40,090 nt of DNA from Macrostomum lignano (Eukaryota), in assembly GCA_002269645.1 (NCBI GenBank), contig NIVC01003387.1, forward strand, positions 1 to 40,090, read 5' to 3'. The notes beneath the pieces are model-generated. The model worked only from the letters and a program-made list of their open reading frames with translations. It ran no database searches and was not told the DNA's origin. Every line of letters starts with the position of its first letter. The first letter of the stretch is position 1. Shown piece by piece: positions 31,489 through 40,090 of the stretch. A program made the position numbers and the translations under genes.

Positions 31489-34400
31489 CTGAAATGTTGT
31501 TTGGTTTATATTAAAGTGTGTGAAAACACTAATAGTAGCAATAAAGTAGCATTTAAAATTGACTCAAGAAAGCTACACCTAAAGAAAGATAGATCAGAAT
31601 TCCCAGAATATAATATATGCTTTAAACTTATTACAGGCATTTAGAAGTTGTCTTTACTTTTAATATATATTGATTTAGGACTAACAATAATTTTAAAGAC
31701 CATCTTTGCTACTTAGTCTCCTATTTGTAGATTTTTCAACTAATATTTTGGATCTTAACCTTGATATATTCTTTATCAAAGAAAGTACTCTTGCTTTTAA
31801 TGATACTTATTATTGTTAATATTATACTTGAAAAAATGTTCACCTAAACATTTAGATTTTAATACTAGAGTTACAATAAATGAATTATTATTTTCACTAT
31901 TTTAATCTATGGTATAATAGTACATTTTTATATCTTTCATTGGTAATATCTACCTATAATATTGATAACATTGATGTGTTAAACTAGTATAAATTTATAT
32001 ACTTTAAATAATTATGTATTTACTTTTCAAAATAATATCTTCTATGTACTATGATTTACTTATAATGAAAATTTCATTTAGCTTTTATTTATATCAAGTC
32101 TTAGGATTAGAGGGTCACAGGTTTTTAACTATTTTTCCTTATGGTAGCTTTTTAGATTAACTAATCTATATTATAATTTAAGTATAATATAACTCCTGTT
32201 CTCTATACTTGATTTGTTAATCCTTTTAATTTTGAGATTATAACACTTTTACTTATAGCTTAAAAATATTAAACTTAGGAAAACTTTTCTAATTTACAAA
32301 TTTTAAAGAAAAAAATTGTTTAAACAACTTTTATCCTATTCAGAATTGTTTACAATGAAAGTCAAAAAATAGGAAAGAACAAGATAGCCTATTCTGGGAA
32401 TTTCTAATATGAATTTTTGTTGACAATTAAAAGTTGTCATATAGTTAAAATAATTAGCATATTATATTGTCAATATAATAATACTAAGAAGCTTGGCATC
32501 TATGCTAGTAAAAATATTAGTTTATTGCTTTTGTTCTAATTAATATATATTTTTATTATTGCTATTATTAAAAGGTAAAAAGGTAAAAATTATTAAAAGG
32601 ATCCAAAACCATAAAAATATTGATACTGATATTAGTTTAAAGAGCAAGAACTAAAGCATTAAAATGTTTTTGTAGAGAACATTTTTGTTAATATTAATTA
32701 CTAGCATTATTAAACAACTGGTATATCTTTTGACTGTTATACTCAAATGAAATTCATATAAAAAGTTTTGCAGTCAACGGTTTTCATTCTAAATTCTTAT
32801 TCTAAATTCGAAGAAAATAAAAAAAACTGGAAGTGTAAATGAAATGTGTTACTGGTTACTGTGTATGTTGCATGTGTATATATGTATATAGTGTATAGTT
32901 CTTTAAGTTTAACTAATCTAAAATATATAGTACCAGTATGAAGTACTGGTACTGATGCACAAATTTATTAGATACATAAAAGACCAAATTAGAAGGTATT
33001 CACATATAATGTGTCAAAAAATGTTAGCTGTTACTGTTAGCATTAGCACTTTTAGCTGTCTTAAAATTAAAACTTTTTAGAGAGTAAAAGTTAAAATGCG
33101 AAAATCGAAAAATCCTAACAAAAGAAACGCACGTAAGGTATGGAAATTTTAACTTTAAAAAGTACTTTAAATACAAAAGAAACTTACTTTCTGTAAATAT
33201 TTATTTAAAATTATTTTAACTTTGTTTTTTCAGTACTTTTAATACACGGAGTAATCAGGTAGAGTTGCTCGCTTTGCAAATACTGTACAGAATAATTCAT
33301 TATTCATCAAATAAAATTCTTTTGCCTCACAAATATTTATTATCGTCAGCCTCAGTTTTTTTGTTCGTTCTATTAAAATAAACCTGAAGATGCACACCAC
33401 GGAGTGCGAAACGCGTCGATTTGCAAATGTTGATAGTTGGTAATGGTTTTCTACACGGAGTAATAGTCAAAACTAGCAAGATTTATTAGTATTATTTTTT
33501 AATTACTAATAAAATAAAGGCATGATTCACATTGCTTCCAATGCAGTTCAAATATTTTCTAGTGAAAATTTTTTATATTCTATAACAGCTATCAAAAAAT
33601 TAACCGAGCACAGCACCGTACGTGGTGTATTACGTGCAGGATTACACACGTACATGTACGTGCACCCGCATTTATCAAGGGCGAGTTTGTTAGTTGACTT
33701 AGTTACTTACTAGTCAGTCGTCCTTGATAAGAGCCACTTTAATTGCTAAGATGCCTAAAGAGAAGTCTACTGCTAGGACTTGAGGGATTGCATCAAGTAC
33801 ATGTACGGCGCGCTCAATATTAGAAAATGTATCAACAAACAGATGGCATGGGATTATGCGAGTGACAAAAATTTTCCCATCGTTTTCAACTGCTAAATGC
33901 AATACGAGCAAAGCGATCCCCTTAAATTTTTTGTGGTCGACTGGAGCCGCGCAGACTCACTGTAATTGACCGATCCAAAAATTTTGTTTCGAAAATTCTT
34001 CAGCAAGCTCCGCTGAAATCCGTGGTATGAAAGCTTTTAAAAATGAAAATTAGCGACGAAAAATTCGCATGCTTTTCTTCATATTCCGTCAAGTGCACCA
34101 CTATAAATCCAGCTTATACCGTCTATTACGAGCTAATACCGTCTCTCGACTCCCGCACGTGCAGGTCTAATCGATGAATTAGCTGCCCCCTTTTGCTTTT
34201 GCAGCTATACGCAAAAAATACAGTAAGGCAGAAATTCCTCGTTGCCTTCGTTAGGCAATTAGTGAATTAAGTTATCCAAATGCCTGCCTCTCAGGCCCAT
34301 GCGAAGAAGGCACGGACTTCACTCTGCGACTTTCTATAATCAGCGTAATGTCTTTAGTCTGTGCACTTTTGTAAACTAATAAGCCGGGACTCAGCGCTAA

Positions 34401-34749
34401 ATTTTTTCTGTTTCAGTCTGAAAAGTTTAGAAATAAAATCATTGGGCTGTATTAAAAGGTGCATCATCTTATCTTTATTTCACAAACCTGCGTGTGCATT
34501 AATTAAAGGCTGATTCACCAGTCAATCGACTTAATTTTAACAAAATACTAACATAATTTATCTATATAGGACCATGCAGCAACTGCTGTCTTAATAAAAT
34601 TCTCATAAGAAACGTTCATTCATTCAATAGGTTTTCTCAGCGTAATCGCCTGTTGTAACCTCACCAACACGTCTAGCACAGAGGAGCTCGTCTCCATACT
34701 CAGTGCTGCTGAAGACTTAATAGCACGGAAATCGGCACCTTTTCGAGAA

Positions 34750-35050
34750 ATCCGGTGATGCCGGTGTCCAAAGCGCGGTCCGGAGAGTCCATGAGGTCGA
34801 TGGTCGCTTGTCTGGTCTGGTAGCGGACGAGCTGGCACAAACTCGGGCCTAAAAAAACGTCGGAGAGGTCCGGGTTTGGGCCGAGGTAGGTGCAAGCCTG
34901 TCCTGAGTAAAGGCGGAGCAGTCACAGATGAAGTGCTCTGCATACACCGGAGAAGCAGAATGCCCCCCTGAGTCCTCTTTATAGACGAAACTTGTCTTGG
35001 ATAGAAGCGGCAAAGTTTCTCGCCACGTAACGTAGTCCGAAGTAACCAAA
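34750..35050 (-). mobile_element. Possible degraded non-LTR retrotransposon C-terminus (CCHC knuckle-like)
   Basis: LCRF...AEHFICDCSAFTQDRL(A)YLGPNPDLSDVF across shifted frames resembles the C..C...E..EH..C.C zinc knuckle at LINE ORF2 ends. Short and frameshifted. Confidence 0.4.
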
Positions 35051-37173
35051 TAAGCTGAAACAGCACCTCTTGCTGCAGTACTTCGCCAGTACTCCAATCA
35101 AAGTAGTTCATAATCTTGAGCAGCTTCGACGATTGATGTCGAAGAAATCGGTGCAAACCAGCTCCAATGCAAATCAATGAATAAATCAATCATTTCAGAG
35201 ACCATACTGGGATCTCAGTTGTGCGTGGAAAAGACGCAAATTGTTGTTTTAGAATAGTTAGAATAGAAAGACTCAGGAATTCCTTCTTGTTCAAGCTGTT
35301 TCAGCTCGTTGAGCGCTATCTTCATTCATGTACGTCCGGAATTTCTTCCTCCACAATTCTTCAAGCAAAATCTTTGCTTAGCTCTTCCAGATAACGATTT
35401 GCTGATAGGGGTAAGTAGATGATGGCTTAAGTTCAACATTGTCGGCTGATTTTCCATGCAGGAATGGCATTCTTGCACTCTTTTGCGTGCAGGAATGGAT
35501 GTCTATGGTAAAATCTCACTGAAAATCATTAGGCGCAGAAATGCATTCCTGCACGGTTTTGTGCATTCCTGCACGATGACTCATCCGACAATGGGATTCC
35601 TTCACGTTCACTCGTGCGTGAAGGGCATCGTGAACTCGTGCGCTAGCGCGCACTCGTGCAGATGTCATTCCCGCACTCGTGACCATGCAGGAATCATTCA
35701 TTCTCTGGTGCAGTAAGCAGATCAGAGTGGTAACAAAACTCTATATCGTTCCTCCCCCGGACAAAAGCGAGCAAATATTTCTCTCATCCTTTCTCGCGAA
35801 ATGTAGTCTATGACTCAACACTCCTCCCATCAGCGAGAGTGGACCATATACATTGACATATGGCCAAGCCTTCTCAAATGACCCCACTATCCATTGTCTA
35901 TGACCAAAAGGCCGTCTTTCACCAATAACGCGAACCTGTGCGGTAAATTCTCGCACGTACGAATTCAAACATTCAACTTTATTTCAAACAAATATGTCAA
36001 ACAATAAAACAAGCGCAGACATGTAAGTCTGATAACAAAACGTCTCGTCTCGTCTTTCTGGCCCAATTCAAGCTTTAAGTCACGGCTCTTATTTAATCAT
36101 TTATAGTCTTAGTCTATGGTAAAACTCCAGCTTCGTGTGAGAACCCATGTCAAACCACAGATTCTGTGTTATCACTGCAGCATTCGTTAATGTATTTAGG
36201 GGCCGTCTCTGAGGCCCCGAAAACCCCGGGGATAGGGCCATAGACACTAACTGCTACTGCTAATGAGCAGAAGCTTTAGTTTATGGTCTTAACCCGCGTG
36301 GTTTTCGTGCTGCAGCCAGGCGGCTGGAGTGACCCATCCAAGGACAACTTGATCAAGTTGTCCTTGGACCCATCTAGGTAATATAGAATCTGTGGTATAA
36401 AGCCTCTCCCTAACAGATTCCATTTTAAGAATCAAGAACTGTGATGACTAGGCATTGTTAAACTGATAAAAAATCGGCTTTACCCCCACACACCCGCTCT
36501 TGCTAGAAAGTGTAGCTTGGGCAAAAGTGTCTTGAAAAAATTACGAGAGTAGGCAAACTGATACAGACACATTCCATTCCTTTCGACAGGCTAAGTCAAG
36601 CAGCTCACAAGCAATCATAGAGTCGAAATGAAAGAACAGGATATACAGTTGCAAACCTGGCTGCAAATGAATATTTTATGTCTTAGAAGAAAACGATGGC
36701 GCATTAATTGCGAACTGCTGCAGAGCCAATCCTCTTTGTCGCTTCCAAGTGGCTGGGTGAGGAGGGGATGGAAAGTAGCGGATTGGGAATGGGGAGTCCA
36801 GGAGACGGCAGTGAAGGGGATAAGTCACCCATGGGATAAGCCTGATTCAGAGATACACTCCCTAGCTGAACCGAGAGGAAGGCGCCCCAGTCTGGTAATT
36901 TCCAGCTGAGTTTTACGAAAAGCTTCTGCAGCTGCCCCTAGCCAACATTTCTTCTCCATTCCTAAATTTAAAGTTCGAAAATAAAAAAGGCCTCCCACAA
37001 AATCGACCGCAGGCACTCTCAGCACTCGGCAATCATGCATTCGGGCGCCCCGGTCGCCAGAATTGACTCAGCCACCGCCGCCCCAGCCTCCTCCCAAATA
37101 ATTGGCACTTTTATTGCTGTTGTGGCAGCCGCTAAAGCAGCTGCTGCAGCCACCGCTGGCCCCTGAGACCGCC

Positions 37174-38406
37174 ATGGCCAAAGGCGTCAGCTTCAGCTCC
37201 GACACCCGATTCAAGGCGGCCATGCACAACGGCTCTGGCGGTCTGGATGGAGGAAGCGGCGGCGGTAGCGGTGACGGCGGCACCGGCAGCGACGGCGGCA
37301 GCGGCAGCGGCAGCGACTCGGAGGGCAGCAGCGAGTCGGAGCGGCTGTCCCGGCCGACCCGTCAGCGGCTGCAGCGCTCCTTCTCGCTGGTGCCGGAGCG
37401 CCTTGGCCGCGGTTTCGGTGGCTCCCTGCAGAGCAAGCGGCCCATGCAGTTCTGCGAGCTGCTCATGCAGGCCCTCATCGGCTTGCTAATTGCCGTCACT
37501 TTTCCATTCTCATTTTTTGTCTGCCTGAAGGTGATCGCCCAGTACGAGCGGGCGGTGATCTTCCGACTCGGCCGGATCCTCAGCGCGGAGGCCAGCGGCC
37601 CCGGCCTCGTGTTCATCATGCCCTGCATGGACTCCATCAAGCGAGTGGACCTGCGAACCATGACCTTCGATGTTCCCACCCAGGAGGTGCTGACAAGGAC
37701 TCCGTGACCGTGGCAGTGGACGCAGTGGTCTATTACCGAATCTTCGATCCCGTCATGTCGGTGGTGAACGTGGAGGACTGCAGCCGGTCCACGAAGCTGC
37801 TCGCCCAGACGACTCTGCGCAACGTCCTTGGCACGGTGAGCCTCTACGAGCTGCTGGCCGGCCGCGACGACTCCGCCATCGTCATGCAGGAGACGCTGGA
37901 CGCTGCACGGACACCTGGGGCGTCAAGGTGGAACGCGTCGAGATTAAGGATGTCCGCCTGCCAACTCAGCTGCAGCGGGCGATGGCGGCGGAGGCGGAGG
38001 CGGCCCGCGAGGCCCGGGCGAAGGTGATCGCGGCGGAGGCGAACAGAAGGCGAGTAAGGCGTTGAAGTTGGCCGCTCTGGAGCTCTCCGAGTGCAACCTG
38101 GCGCTGCAGCTGCGCTACCTGCAGACTCTGAGCAGCATCTCGGCCGAGAAGAACTCGACCATCATCTTCCCCCTGCCGCTGGAGCTGCTGAAGTTCTTTC
38201 AAGAGGCTGGCGGATTGCCGGAAGTTCCACTGCAGCAGCAGCAGCCGCAGCAGCAGCCGCAGAAGCCGTCAAGTTCAGGCGTCGGCTGCGGCGGTCACGT
38301 CAGCGGCGGGCGGGCGACCTGCGCGCGGCCGGTCACCGTCAGCTCGCCGAGTCGCGTCTCCAGGCATGCGCTTTCTGCGGCCGGCGGCTATGGCTCCGGT
38401 TGTTAA
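37174..38406 (+). CDS. Stomatin/MEC-2-like SPFH (band 7) protein, intronless, with three 1-nt deletions (~411 aa if restored)
   Basis: Kozak-like gccATGg at 37174. TM hairpin [43 protein letters not shown]...[17 protein letters not shown], then (D)[25 protein letters not shown], (T)[42 protein letters not shown](G)EQKAS and [24 protein letters not shown]. Shifts at ~37698, ~37907 and ~38039. Confidence 0.9.
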
Positions 38407-38704
38407 GGAGACGGATAGCGTTGCGCAAAACGAGTTGGTTGCTAAGGACGCAAACTGGGAAGCCGCGTGACTGTTTTGTCGCTTCTCTTCCTTCCGCCAC
38501 CCCCGCCATCAGTTCCGACTTTCGCGATTCGTTATTTAAACATTAATTTTGTTCAACTGTTTGCTTCTGCTGTGTCACAGGCCCTTTGCCCGCAATCCCC
38601 AAGTCTCGCAGTGCAACCTACAGCCGCTCTTACATGTCGGTGCGCTGTCTTTGCTTGAAGCTTTCGCTCTGGCAATTTGTTGTGGAATAATCACAGTTAT
38701 CACT

Positions 38705-38925
38705 CACAGTCTCCGTCTGTCTCTCTCCTCTCCATCTCTATCCCTCTCCTCTCCGTCTCTATCCTTTCCCTTCCATCTCTCTCCTCTCTGTCTCTCTCCT
38801 CTCTATCTCTCTCTCCTCTCCGTCTCTATCCCTCCCTCTCCGTCTCCCCCCTCTCCTCTCCGTCTCTCTCTCCTATCTCTCTCTCTAATATCTATCTTTC
38901 TCCCCTCGTCTCCGTCTTTTTAGAT
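38705..38925. repeat. CT-rich polypyrimidine microsatellite
   Basis: Directly visible (ctctctcctctccatctctatccc...). Confidence 0.85.
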
Positions 38926-39547
38926 TCCCAGAAAATCTCGCAATGCATGTCAACCTCTTCCATCTCGTGTGACCTTTCCTAATTTCAATCTCCAATTCTC
39001 ATAATGCTTCGTTCGTCATCCAAAAAAAATTTCTTGTCAGCAGCAAGCAGAACTGCACTGAGAGTGCGGTTCATCTCGCACAAATCAATGCTTGACCATT
39101 TAGCCAGCTTGGTTGCGGCAGTACCCGTGTCATGCCGCAAGCGGTCCAGGAACTCCACTGCACACTCAATCAATCACTTAAAAAACCTTTGACGCTCAAG
39201 TTCAAAAAAGAGCTACGAAATTCCGCGCCTTAAAATATCAATTTTGCTCTTGTATTGATTAACCGAAAATCCTTCGTCTTATAACGTCTTGATTCTGCAT
39301 ATTTTGAACAATTTGAACAATTTCTAAACGCCTATTTAATTAGTAAGCATTTAACATTTTTATTGGTAATTTACTATACTTTGAAGCGTTTTCACCACCC
39401 TGAGGTATCTGCAACTCCGCTTTAATTATAAATTAATAAATATAACTATTCCATACTGTGTCAGCTGGCTTTGCAGCTGAACATAACGAATACTTCTATT
39501 TCTGCCTTAGTTAATATCGCTGTTATTGAAGAACGTGCTGTGAAGCC

Positions 39548-40090
39548 TCCCTCAGTGTCTTGAATCTGCCTCTCCGCTCCTCCTCAGTGTCCTTGAATCT
39601 GCCTCTCCGCCTCCCCTCAGTGTCCTTGAATCTGCCTCTCTGCTCCCCTCAGTGTCCTTGATATCTGCCTCTCCGCTCCCCTCAGTGTCCTTGAATCTGC
39701 CTTGCTCTCCTCAGTGTCTTGAATCTGCCTCTCCTCAGTGTCTTGAATCTGCCTCTCCTCAGTGTCCTTGAATCTGCCTCCCCTCAGTGTCCTTGAATCT
39801 GCCTCCCCCCAGTGTCCTTGAATCTGCTCTTCCGCTCCCCTCAGTGTCCTTGAATCTGCCTCTCCGCTCCCCTCAGTGTCCTTGAATCTGCCTTTCTGCT
39901 CCCCTCAGTGTCCTTTGAATCTGCCTCTCTGCTCCCCTCAGTGTCCTTGAATCTGCCTTCTCCGCTCCCCTCTCAGTGTCCTTTGAATCTGCCTCTCTGC
40001 TCTCCTCAGTGTCCTTGAATCTGCCTCTCCTCAGTGTCTTGAATCTGCCTTCTCCTCAGTGTCCTTGAATCTGCCTCCCCTCAGTGTCCT
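39548..40090. repeat. 24-32-bp minisatellite (cctcagtgtccttgaatctgcctctccgctcc) running off the right end
   Basis: Directly visible. Confidence 0.93.

Noticed and set aside
33095-33260. Plus-strand mini-exon MRKSKNPNKRNARK|gtatgg
   Set aside because: Short and lysine-rich in AT-rich DNA, with no continuing coding exon identified.
35230-35970. Possible piggyBac- or other transposase-like fragments (e.g. DYISRERMREIFARF) and inverted tgcaggaat motifs
   Set aside because: Multiple stops and only a few residues of resemblance; not assignable by eye.
38985-39192. Short ORFs on both strands downstream of stomatin
   Set aside because: No recognisable motif and no convincing exon chain.

Overview
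Eukaryotic (metazoan) genomic DNA, not prokaryotic: GC-rich, often polyQ-rich spliced genes separated by AT-rich spacers full of minisatellites and transposon remnants. The style suggests a Macrostomum-like flatworm long-read contig, but that is inference only. Genes reconstructed by hand: a frameshifted GGACT (-, runs off the left end); a same-strand trio RPL34 (2 exons), LSM12-like (no C-terminal AD domain) and TDRD3 (4 coding exons, 803 aa, 16x16-aa RG/PPP repeat); a 7-exon secreted DNase I (-, 446 aa, one GC-AG intron, ~154-aa unassigned C-terminal extension); a >600-aa RGG plus acidic-repeat protein (-) whose true frame is absent from the ORF track; and an intronless stomatin (+, 3 single-base deletions). 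Mobile DNA includes a Ginger-like integrase remnant, a long-TIR mariner derivative, a 5'-truncated RTE-like LINE with TSD, a tRNA/CORE-type SINE and MITE/foldback elements. The best leads are the operon-like RPL34-LSM12-TDRD3 arrangement with orphan splice acceptors, the DNase I extension, the TDRD3 repeat and the hidden RGG/acidic protein.
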